A DNA stretch of 64,000 nt, from NCBI GenBank assembly GCA_002104905.1, contig MCFE01000115.1, forward strand, positions 1 to 64,000, read 5' to 3'. The position numbers were made by a program, and so were the translations under genes. Of this stretch, positions 22,530-33,678 are shown one piece after another. Source of the stretch: Basidiobolus meristosporus CBS 931.73. Taxonomy: Eukaryota > Fungi > Basidiobolomycota. Position 1 is the stretch's first letter; every line of letters begins with the position of its first letter. The notes below the pieces were generated by a model. That model did not search any database. It saw only the letters and a program-made list of their open reading frames with translations, and had not been told where the DNA came from.

Positions 22530-24221
22530 TTAGAATCTATTCAAACTCATGACTCCTCTGACACGGTTGTAGTCGGGCAATCCTTCGATGCTACCCAATC
22601 CGACAACGGCCACCTCCTTGTCCCAGAGGTAGTAGTTGGCCACTCTGCGGACATCTTTGGAGGTGATTTGGTCGATCACGCTGGCGATTTCGCTGGCTTC
22701 TATGCGCTTGCCAACCGAGATCACTTGGCTACCGATGGTTTCGGCCACTGCGGCGGGGCTGTCCAATCCCATGTACAAGGAGGCCTTGACTTGTTGCTTG
22801 GCGCGTTCAACCTCTCCCTCGCTGATGGTGGTGCTGAGGCGAGCCCATTCCAATTGCATGAAGTACACCAAATCGTCAATGGTGGATTTGCTCTCGGTGT
22901 TGAGGTAGATACCCCAGAGACCAGTGTCTTTGTAGGATAGGTTGAAGGAATCGAAGCTGTTGGCGAGCTTGTTGGTGTTGACGATGTGGGAGAATCGGGA
23001 AGAAAGGTGGGCGGCGGAGCCGAGGGTGCGGTCCCAGGATCCCATGATTGCTTGCATGACGAGCATGGTGTAGTAGTCAGGGGAGTATGCGGGCGCTCCC
23101 TCGACGGCGAGTGCGATATGGGCGGCGGGGTTAAGATCGTCGCGAATACGAATTTCGGAGCCGTAGAAGGATGGCTTGGTGGGGTGGGTGGCGCGGGGAG
23201 CCTCCTTGAGGGCGTTGAAGTTCTTCTCAGCAAGACGGACGAGTTCTTCGTGATCGACAGCACCAGCTCCAACAAGGACCATGCGGTTGGCGGTGTAGTT
23301 GTCGGCCACGAATCTGGAAAGGTCATCTCTGTTCAATTGAAGAATGTTCTCTTTCAAGGCGAGAACTGGGCGGCCAAGGTCGTTGCCTTGGAAAGCGGTG
23401 GCGTGCAAGTGATCGAAGACGACGTCACGGGGGTTGGAGTCGGCCTTCTCTTGCTCTCTGAAGAGAACTTGACGTTCGGCCTCGATAGCCTCTTCACTGA
23501 GAGTTGAGTTCTGCACGACATCGGCGACGATCTCAACTGCGGAGGAGACGGAGGATTTTAATGTGTGAGCGAAGTAAGCGGTTTGTTCGCGGGTGGTATA
23601 GGCGTCGAGTTTACCACCCATCTTTCCTACCAACTTCTCGAAATCAGCGCCGGAACGGCTATGAGTTCCCTAGTAATGGGGGCAATCCATTCGTTTAGAT
23701 GGTTGGGTTAGGTGGAGGGGTGCCAGAGGGAATATCCTACCTTGAAGGCCAAGTGTTCGACAAAATGGGCAGCACCGGTGTTGCTCAGATTTTCATCACG
23801 GCTACCGGCATCGATCCAAACACCAACGGTGGCGGTTTGGGATCCTGGGATGGTCTCGGTGGCGATGGTCAACCCGTTGGAAAGGGTGGTGGTGCGAGTT
23901 TTGGAGTCGGCAGCGGTTGCCAAGGTTCTAGCCAAGGTAGGAATGGCACGAGCGTTCTAAGTATCACAAAAACAAAACCCAGATCAATACGTGAAACGCC
24001 GCTATTTCATACAACAAACGCAACAACTGCTTAAGAAGGTGCAATCAACCATGAAGGGGTTTCTCACTTGAACCATGAGTGAAAGGGCCTTTCGTCAAGG
24101 TTCTTCGCAAGAGAAGAAGGAACGCTACAAACAAAGCAAGAGAAAAAACGGAACTTGCCTGGCGAGCTAGGCCAGAGGCGTGGATTCTGGCGACGTTTTG
24201 AGCGAGAATACGAGAAGCCAT
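22530..24221 (-). CDS. MAS1/QCR1: M16 peptidase: MPP-beta / cytochrome bc1 core protein 1 homologue
   Basis: [13 protein letters not shown]; [11 protein letters not shown]; [12 protein letters not shown]; [13 protein letters not shown]; C-terminal LPDYNRVR. Exon 1 (24159-24221) is a presequence. Confidence 0.92.
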
Positions 24222-24793
24222 TTTGCCAAAGTGAATATCTGGGCAGTATGGAGATTCAAGTCAGCGGTAAGGACAATAAAGAGCACCACAATAACATTGG
24301 GGTGTGTAATTCAAAAACGAAAAATTGTTGGGGTCACGCATATTTTCCTGATGTCACGTGAGCCACGAGCTAAGCACCGTCCCCAGGATATCTATGACCA
24401 AGCCATCTCACCTACCCCACATGAAGTCCGTTGTCTCGAACGATCGCTGGCTTTCATCCCAACCTAGCCCAACCCTAACCCTAGCCCTAGCCTCCACTCC
24501 ACACCCCAACTGAGAATTTTTCGCACAAATCTCCCCAAAAGGGACTTGTTTATCTAAAATACAAATACGCAAGATAGCTTTGTATAAATTAACCAATATG
24601 GGTGTTGGAGCAAGGAAGTGTTTAATTGAATGGTTCTTCAACGTATTTACTAGTGAGTGATGGTGGTGTTTGGTATAGATATTTCAGTAATGCATGCCCT
24701 TGGCTTGGCTAATTCCGCCAAATAACCGGCTTAAAATCATGTAAAAATGTGGTTGCCAATATTTTTTATCTCTGGGGGGGGGGGAGATTGAGC

Positions 24794-25350
24794 TTAAGCT
24801 TTCCACAGCTTCTTGACTGTTTCGGTGATACCATCTCCGTTGGTGTTCAATTCGTAGCAACCGTACAAAGTCAGTGCGGTGGCAGCACGAAGTGCCCAGG
24901 TAGTTGCCACGTTGAGGACTGGGGTCTTACGGTGTGGCAAATAATCGGTGATGATTGCTTGGAAACCGATGTGGCAATGGGCGGGGATAATAACACCAAG
25001 GGAATAATCAACGATGGGATGGGCTCCATAGATAAGGGGGTAGAAAGTTAAGGGTATTAAGGAGGCGGAGAGGGCACGCTCGATATTCCAATGCATAGAG
25101 CCGTGGCTACGGCTCACTGCGTGAATGGTCAAGCCATCGGCGTTTTTGGCCACAGCCTCACCTTGGGCAGGCTTGGTGTTCTTCAAAGAAGTGACACGAC
25201 CTTTGGGATTATTAGCACCAATTGAGAAACACCAACTTATATCCCTATCAACTTACCAGTTTGGAAGCTACGGATGGCACCTAGACGAATGCTGGGACCA
25301 ACCAAAGAACAGTGGCGAAGAGTGGAAGTGGTGAGAGCACGAGAAGCCAT
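24794..25350 (-). CDS. SDH4: Succinate dehydrogenase small membrane anchor (CybS/SDH4; Tim18 family)
   Basis: HGSMHWNIERALS; HCHIGFQAIITDY; GCYELNTNGDGITETVKKLWKA; one intron after the presequence. Confidence 0.92.
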
Positions 25351-26143
25351 GATAATGCTGGAATAAAGCAACATTCATAGGTTAGAAACACGACGGGCAT
25401 CCGCATGACTACCAGGGAGAGTTGAACATACATTTGGTAAAGCTATACAGATAACGGAAGGAGAAGTGACAAGTTAGCTAAGAAGAGAGCACACACTAAT
25501 AAGAAAAGACGGACACGTCAAGATAGGCGTACCTAAAATATTGGCAAATGGGTGGGGTGACGGACTTGGATCCAAGGGGTTTAGACTGCTCAAAAATTGA
25601 TTTACACCCTCATGTTACCTGTCATCCTTCAAGTGAACCTCCTGGCCACCCAATCACCACAACATAACAACCCTTTCTTACCCCTCTTTATCCGAATTCA
25701 CCCACGCAGAGAGTCCGAGATTCCCACATGAAAGCTTATATTTTTATGTATTATGCAATATAAGACCGCCCTCCACCAATCAGATCTCCACCAAGGTCCG
25801 GTGGTAACATTCTCATTTGGATGAGGTTGCACGTGAAGTGCGAAGGAATTGACAGCTGCTGGAGTGTAGAATCGACTCGGAATACTTTGGGGCTCCAGGA
25901 CTAAGTGGCTTTGATGTGATTTCCGTGGGACAATCAGAAACATCGTTTCCAGAAATGAGTTAATTGACCAACCAGTTAACCGATGATCATTGATCTGATT
26001 GTTTCCCGAGTCGGACGGTGTGTCCCAGCCAAAACAATGATTAGGTTGCACGGACGTCGGTGTTGCCGCATAGCAAACGCGAACACGTAGGGCTGGTTAA
26101 AGGCTATAAAATTGTACGGGTGTGCCGGCCATTGGATACCGAA

Positions 26144-26805
26144 ATGAACTTCTATTTTGCATTCCTTATTCTCATCCACCTGGCCAGAGCAGCTGCTGAA
26201 GTTTATCTCACCGCCCCCGTGGAAGGGACCGTCTGGGAAATCGGAAGTAATGTCACTCTGGCATGGAAAATCAAGCCTGAAACCAACTCCACACAAACTG
26301 TTGACCTCGGGCTATTTTCGGGCCCCGAATACAATCTGTCACTAAAAATGGTGATCGCCAACGAAGTACCGTCCGAAGGTGGATCTTTCAAGTGGCAAGT
26401 GCCTCAGGATACCCCACCGGGGGCAAATTACACCGTTCGTATTGGCAAGGCAGGAGACTGGTCATACAGTCATTACTTCGAGATACGTCAGAACCTTCCG
26501 TCACCAACGAACGAACCAACTGTCACAACGGACTCCCCAGACCTCCGTCCACTAGCTTTTCCGAAGCCTCGCAAAATTTCGAGCCCGTCCGTACGAGCAC
26601 CGTTACACTCTCGTACACTCCTGTCGCGATCACTGATCAAAATAGCGCCTCGCCCACGTATTCCCCTAGCCCATCGATGGTCCAAAAAGCCGACCCGTAT
26701 GCGGGGATTTCCAGAACACCCTATCCAAGTGGAGGCGCTTACTTGACGTTTAGCCGCTCTCATCTGTGCATCTTCCTAGCTGCCATCGTGTTGGTGGTAG
26801 GCTGA
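26144..26805 (+). CDS. Secreted Ser/Thr-rich, probably GPI-anchored protein with Kre9/Knh1-like N-terminal Ig-like domain; frame break near 26535
   Basis: Signal peptide MNFYFAFLILIHLARA; domain ITAP..GTVW..G...W...GSFKWQVP...YSHYFEI; the hydrophobic C-tail HLCIFLAAIVLVVG lies in a different frame. Confidence 0.75.
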
Positions 26806-26983
26806 AATTCTACGGCGTTTGATATCTTCGACGTTTCATGAATCTGTGTAAATTTCCTTCTTTCTTGTACAAAATCCGATGTATTCATAAATCGCCCGAG
26901 TCCGTGTCTTAAACACTCCAATATAAATACCGGCCCTCTGGGTGGCGTCGATAAGCTAATTATCCAACTCACTCAAGTTTCCT

Positions 26984-27529
26984 ATGAAAATTTCCCCTCT
27001 TTACTTCGCCTTGGCTCTCTGCGTCCTGGAGGGCACTTACGCCCGGGCGATCGATGCTTCTCCCAGCTACTTCCATATCATTACAACATCCAGATCCAAG
27101 CGAGATGTTTCCAATAGGTACAGAGATACGCCGATCAAGGCTGATCTACGTGGCTCGTACTCTCGGGGTCGGAATCCGCCTCAGCAATATAGAGCAGCCG
27201 ACGGCTCCGCTGACCAGTACGGCAGAAGGGGAAACCAACAGAATAACCAGGTTTATGACGTTCGTGACATGTCGGGGAACGGCGAAGAGGGCTACAACGA
27301 AGATGGACACCATTCCAGGGATGACGACTACACCCGTGCTCCTTCCGCAACCAGCACTCCCGACACCACAGCAGTCACCGCCGATCCAACAACAACCAGT
27401 TCCGTGTCCACAACGGAAGGGACCTCAACCGCTACCTCCACGGCCACCCCGACGCAGACTCCGTGCAACAGGCTGATCGATGTCAATGCGAACATCCTCG
27501 GCTCCGTGGTGGACCTCTGCCTGTTATGA
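26984..27529 (+). CDS. Small secreted protein of unknown function (181 aa)
   Basis: Signal peptide, dibasic SKR site, Thr-rich stalk, C-terminal CNRLIDVNANILGSVVDLCLL; TATA-like ATATAAAT at about 26921. Confidence 0.75.
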   Translation: MKISPLYFALALCVLEGTYARAIDASPSYFHIITTSRSKRDVSNRYRDTPIKADLRGSYSRGRNPPQQYRAADGSADQYGRRGNQQNNQVYDVRDMSGNGEEGYNEDGHHSRDDDYTRAPSATSTPDTTAVTADPTTTSSVSTTEGTSTATSTATPTQTPCNRLIDVNANILGSVVDLCLL

Positions 27530-27667
27530 AGCCAACCCTTTCCGCAATGTCGTTTGCTGAAATACCACTTTATTAGGGGGATGTTTATACAATCAAGGTA
27601 CCAACAAGCTCTAGAATATACATGAAATGCTGGCAATGCCGGGAATTCCAATAAATCGATCCATTCA

Positions 27668-29757
27668 TTATAAACCGGATGCCTCCACATGCTTTAGCAC
27701 GATGTCCAGATGGTCGAGGTAGGTGTTGTGTCCACTGACCACTTCGGTAAGGTCGACCGAGCGAATCCCCGGAATGTCCACTGGTTCCAGGCCGGCCGCA
27801 TTGAGGCTCAGGTTATGCACTCGGAACAGAAAACCAAGCACCCAGTCGTTTTTCGAGTAGCCGTTCACAAACCGGCGCGAAACAACGCTGGAAGCCGCCA
27901 TCCAGCGCTTGGGGTCAATCGTGATCGGGGCCCCTAGCAAGATCACTACATCGTTGTTAGCCAGCCGATCTCGAGGAGATCTCATGCGAGTCCAACTTAC
28001 CTTCGTCTACCAGGCCGGATTTCCCGCGATTCGCGAGCTCCACAAGGCATTCGAAGATGGCCAACGCACCCAGGGAGTAGCCGACCTGTGGTGGGAAACA
28101 AAAGGGTTAGCATGGTGCCGCAACTTGCGATCAACCTCCTCCTCCACCTACCAAAGAAGTCGGCCGGTGGCCTTGCACTCTCTCGACCAACACGTCCGCT
28201 AGGATAAGACCCGCCTTTTTCGCCCTGTCTATCCCGGTGATCCATGGGTTATCGATCAAATTCCCTGCCTTGATGAGGGACATGGGGAGTGCTATCGACG
28301 CCATCAGCGGTGCCATGGCCGTGTGTTTGATGATTTGTTTGGCCGTCATGCTGGCGGCCTTGGTGGCGAGAAAAGAGTCCAAGGCGTTTCCCAACGAGAG
28401 CAGCTCCTGTGATTCGAATACCAAACTATATGTGTCGTGAGGTGGCTGGTTGGCGAAGTTCATCTGCCACGGGAAGGTTGCGTCATCCAGGGTTCGCAGG
28501 TAGCCGGGGACTACGATGGTCACGTTGAGGGAAGGTGTGGACGGAGCCTGTTCGGTCACATGGATAGGTTTGAAGTAGAATTCCCTCAGGCTGCGCATCC
28601 TTCTGGTCACTTTCAATCCTATGGAGCATAACCTGGTTAGTGGCGCTTGAATGGGCTGCGTCTGAGCTATAGCCTGGCTTACCGGTTAATCCACCTCCAG
28701 CAATCCCGAACAACGAGGAGATGACTGCCACTCCCGTAGTCGAGGCGAGGAATGCTGTGCCGCCAAGACCAAGTGCACCTACTCCCGCTACGACCAACGG
28801 TGCCGCCAGACCACCTGTAAGCCCGATGGCCGTGGCGCCAACCACGGCAGAAACTCCGGTGGCGATCCACCTCAACTTCTTCTTTCTGGAACGCGCGTCG
28901 ACACTCGCTTTTGTGGTTTCCTCCATGGCGTCCCCCGGATCTTGCCCGGACAGTTTGGCCAGGAAAAGTGCCTCGGCTACGCGTTGCTCGGTGTGAAGAG
29001 CGTATTCGGCCGGGAGGTACAGGATGCTCGCCAGGCGGAACAGAGCGGCTCGGGATCGCGCGTCGTACTCGCCGACTTTATTCTCGTGCTCCTGGTGCTT
29101 CTTGATCTCCTTTCTTGACTCCGTACCGCGTTCCTGGTGGGTGTCGAGCAAACCGAGGCAAATCAAGAGGAAATCCCAGAGGACCTCCATGCGTAGATCT
29201 CTACTTGGGCCAGCGAGGGATCTGGCCAACGCGTCGATCATCAAACCACCCTGCTCCTCCATCTTCCGGTATCCCTCCGCCACCAGCGATCGTTGCTCTA
29301 AAGGGGTGCATGCAAAGTTTGGTTAGTGCCATGGGACATGGGTGGCGTTGACTTGACTGGATTTACCTATCGGGTCGACGATTGCGAAGTGATGAAATAC
29401 GCTCTCTCGGAACCGGGATATCCAATCAGACTCCCTGTCCCCAAGCTGCTCTATCGCCACGAGGATCAGTTTGACCACGGACACTCTGTCCGTCTCGTTC
29501 CACGTCCGGGTGAAATAGGGGAGGCTGTCCTCCTGCTGCTGCTGCTGCTGCTGATGCGGCTTGGAAAAATGCAATCTATTGAAAGGACTCATGATAATCG
29601 ATAGCCACTGTGCCCTTTCATCCCATTTATAGGCCACACGAGTGAAATATTTACCCGACCAGGACAATGACCCTAGGATCCCTTGGATTCCAGGGAATCG
29701 GTCTTCGGTCTGCAGATTGGCTGGTGAATCGAAACCTGAAACGGCTATCTTACGCAT
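27668..29757 (-). CDS. DUF726/TMCO4-like alpha/beta-hydrolase membrane protein, multi-exon; start uncertain
   Basis: YDARSRAAL; IGLTGGLAAPLVVAG; NLIDNPW...RAKKAGLILAD; RPTSL|VGYSLG nucleophile elbow; VNGYSKNDWVL; VVSGHNTY. Confidence 0.88.
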
Positions 29758-31612
29758 TAGGCAACTTCCTCAACCACGGGAAGGTGAATCGAACTCTTCC
29801 CATCCTCTTCTTCCTTTGGAATCTTCCGATCTCTATTGGCTGTCTGGGCGAGATTGTCGCATGGTCATCTCTTGGCGACCAGAGATCGGCGTGGTCGATA
29901 AGACGCAATGAATCCGAAGCTAATGGTCTCCCAGTGACGCATTGATTAGGTCCAACCCACAAATAACCTCGCATAGCCACTATCCTGGGATTGCATGATC
30001 TGAATGTGCTTGAATGTGCTCAACACCACGTATCGCAAATCATCATCATCATCATAATGATAATATGGTGGCCCATTGTGAGTGGATGTTTGGTTCGGCG
30101 CCTAATTGTAATCACGATCTCATTTCTGGCCAATGTTTCCAAACTCCAGGTGGTGTTTGGGTTGATTTGGCAAGATCTTTTATGGGTTCTTCTCCATTAC
30201 GCAGATGGCAAAAAGCCCAGGAGTCCTCCATTCGGCCAATTGCTGGACTATGAACCATTGAGTTCATATGTCGTTTGTTTGGGATGTTGGGTTAGGTAGA
30301 GCTATCTTGAGCTTTGGTGGCATTCTGAAAGTTTGCCTTTTCAACCTCATTCTTTGTACATGATTCTTTGGAACCTTCTTCAAAACAAAGAATGCCTGGA
30401 AAGCATTAGAAGACACCTACCAGTCATGTTGAGCTGCCAAGAAAATGTATCTGAGACAAAAATTCTTTACTACAAAGATGCTGCCAGGAGAAGAAATGAA
30501 AAATCTAATTAACAGAATTACCCTGCTGGTAGATGAGATGGAATCTGTGGGCATACCAACTACTGATGAGGATGTGATAGTTACAATCCTGAATAGCCTG
30601 ACAGACGGGTTTCAGGGCCTTGTATCAGCCCTAGAGTCCAGAACTGAAGATTTGACCTTAAATGCCTATATGGAAGGCTCCTGGATGAAGAATTAAGAAA
30701 ATCAAGTGCCAATAAGAAGGAAGAAGAAAATGCCTTAATAAGCAATGCTAACCAACAAAGGAGGTACCCAAGACCCTACAAAGGCAACAGCAACCTGTTT
30801 TGTAACTACTGCAACAGGAAAGGACACACATCAGACCAGTGTCTCAAAAAGAAAGATAATCAGCAAAAGAAGCCTGAATATGGAAATGCTGCAACAACTG
30901 AAGATAGACTATTCATATCTGCACTAAATATGACCACAAACAAGGATTCTCAGATATGGTACATTGAATCTGGAGTATCTCAACACTTTACACACCAAAA
31001 AGGACTTCTACCCATTATCAAGAGATTCAAATCAAGAAGGTTTTCATAGGTGACAATAGAACACTTGATGCAGTGCAAGAAGGAACTATCCAAGTAAGCC
31101 CTGGAAGCAATGAAGGGGACCATACACTGACCTTTGAAGAGGTACTCTATGTATCAGAAATAGCCAAGAACCTGCTATCTGTAAGCAAGGCCACTGCAGA
31201 AGAACTCAGCTTCAGCTTTGAAAATTCTGCATGCAGGATCACTGATCAAATTGGTGCCCATACTGCTTTGGGTATCAGAGATCAGAATCTATACAAGTTG
31301 ACTAATATTCCATCACATTTGGCAGCCAATATAAGTAACTTAAATGAAGAAGCACCAATGCTTTGGCACAGGAGATTTGGGCACATCATTTTTGATTATT
31401 TGTGCAAAATGATCAGAGGTCAGCTAATTTTGGAGTAAAAATTGATCCCCCAGCTAGTTTGGAGCACTGTGCGACCTGCATATATGGGAAATATGCCGGA
31501 CAACTGTTCAAGAGCTCTGGGTTAATCAAAACCAAGAAAAATTATATCTAATTCACTCAGATCTGTGTGGATTTATGCAAAATTTATCCCTAGGTGGGAT
31601 GATGTATTTAAT

Positions 31613-31823
31613 AGACTTGTTCCATCATTCCCACTGATCATAGTGCCCAATAGTGCCATAGCATGCCAGATGGTGCCTGATCATACCACAGAATGCCAGA
31701 TAGTGCCATACAGTGTCAATTTGGGATCAAAATTGACATGCATATAACCCTAAAATATCAAATTAATAACAAAATATACAATGCTCTCTGGCACTACAAT
31801 CAATGGCACAATGGAACAAGTCT
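31613..31823. mobile_element. 211-bp MITE with 13-bp perfect TIRs and 3-bp TSD (AAT), inserted in the copy A integrase
   Basis: AGACTTGTTCCAT...ATGGAACAAGTCT flanked by AAT/AAT; the empty site GTATTTAATCACTTTT is present in copy B (about 38494). Confidence 0.9.
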
Positions 31824-32980
31824 AATCACTTTTATTGATGATTATACAAGATAAACATGGGTCCACTTCATGGAGAGAATGGAAGAAGCTCTATCTAAGT
31901 TCAGGGAGTTTAAAGCCATGGTGGAGAGAGAAACTAGTGAAAAAATCAAGAAAAAATGCTCTGACAATGGTGGAGAATCTATCTCAAAACCTTTCATCCA
32001 CTTCTGCTAAATTCATGGGATAAGGCAAGAGACTACTGCACCATACTCCCCACAGCAGAATAGAATATCAGAATGTGCAAACAGATCAATAATTGATATG
32101 GTAAGAGCTATGATCCACAATCAAAAATTATCCTATGATTTTTGGGTGGAATCAGTTGCTACAGCTGTATACCTTAGAAATAGGAGTTACACCAGAATAC
32201 TTTGTGATTCAACTCCATTTGAAGCATGATATGGGTACAGACCAAGAGGAGAACATCTAAGCATATTTGGGTGTACAGCTTATGCCAAGAAACTGCCCAG
32301 AAATCAGTTAAAACTTGAGCCCAAAAGTGTAAAATACATATTTTGAGCTACTGCAATGAGATTAAAGCATACAGACTCTTTAATACCAAAGCAAAGAGGC
32401 TTATCAAGCCCAGGGATGTGTTTTTTGATGAAAATTCAGAGTTTCCACCAAAAATGACATCAGATGATGATAAAAATCTTATTGCCAGTCCACCAATTGT
32501 CAGGACTGAGTCAGAGCAAAACAATGAAGTTTTTTTCACTCCAGAGGACTCTACAACCATGGTTAAGCCTAGAGCAGTGCCCAGGAATATCCCAGAAATG
32601 ATCATTCCAGTATCAAATGCCTGGAGATCCAATTGCACCAGAAATAGACCAAATTACTCCATCAATGAGGGTACAAACTTGGCCTATGTCTATTCAGTCC
32701 ATATTGTTGAGCCCCAGACTGTAAAAGAGGCCCTAAATAGCCCTCAGACAAAGTTTTGGAGATCTGAAATGACTGAGGAATATCAGGCCCTGATGGAAAA
32801 TCAAGCTTGGGACTTAGTCAAATTACCAAATTGCCAAAAATCAATGGGATGCAGATGAATCTTAAAGACAAAATACAAGGCTGATGGTACAATTGAAAGA
32901 TACAAAGCAAGACTTGTGGCCAAAGGATACTATCAAACAAAAGGATTTGACTATACTGAGATCTTTGCACTGGTAGCAAA

Positions 32981-33678
32981 TGTTGTATCCAAGAGAAAAG
33001 TGTAATAATACTGTTGAATGAGATTACTGAACCTATGTAACAACAACACGCAGAATCTTAGAATTGCCAAGGGTGACAGAAATATTAGCAGAGAAGTACT
33101 GGTCTAATATTGGTCTTATATATTGCTGAGTTGGGCAATAAAGGCAACAGAGTTGGCTTGCTATACAGGCTAGGCTTGGTGTTCTTGGGAATGCTAGATA
33201 TGCTAGGCTTGGGTGGAAACTAGAACAGAATTGTTGAAATCTTAATTTTGCTGAGGCACAATCTTAGTTCTGTTGATACGCACACTGAGCTAAAAGGTTC
33301 GGTAATCTTTATTTATATTTTTCTGATCAAGTTGAATTAGTAAGTGCTAAGAGACTGGACTAATTGAAATCTGTTTGGGTGCTAATAGGTGCATAAGATA
33401 AATGAAAAATTGCATTATTAATCAGCTGATGTCTTGGCAACTACTAAGTGGTTGGATGGATACCAGATGACTAATTCTTTGGAAAGGCTTTGCAGATCAG
33501 TTGAGGATGTATTAACCACTTGAAAGCTGATCAGGTATGACAGCTAAAAAAGATTCTGAGAAGTGATAAAATAAACCATAACCAGGATTAGTTATGTATG
33601 GGTTAGGGAAAATCAGTTAGGGTACTAGATTTTCTAACAGAGAGAAATTGGCTAAGTTTTAACTGTTGATGCACAACA
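32981..33678 (-). mobile_element. 698-bp solo LTR of an unrelated family inserted in the copy A RT
   Basis: TGTTG...CAACA termini; 5-bp TSD GCAAA/GCCAA; the empty site GGTAGCCAAGTTT is present in copy B; TATATAAG on the minus strand. Confidence 0.88.
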
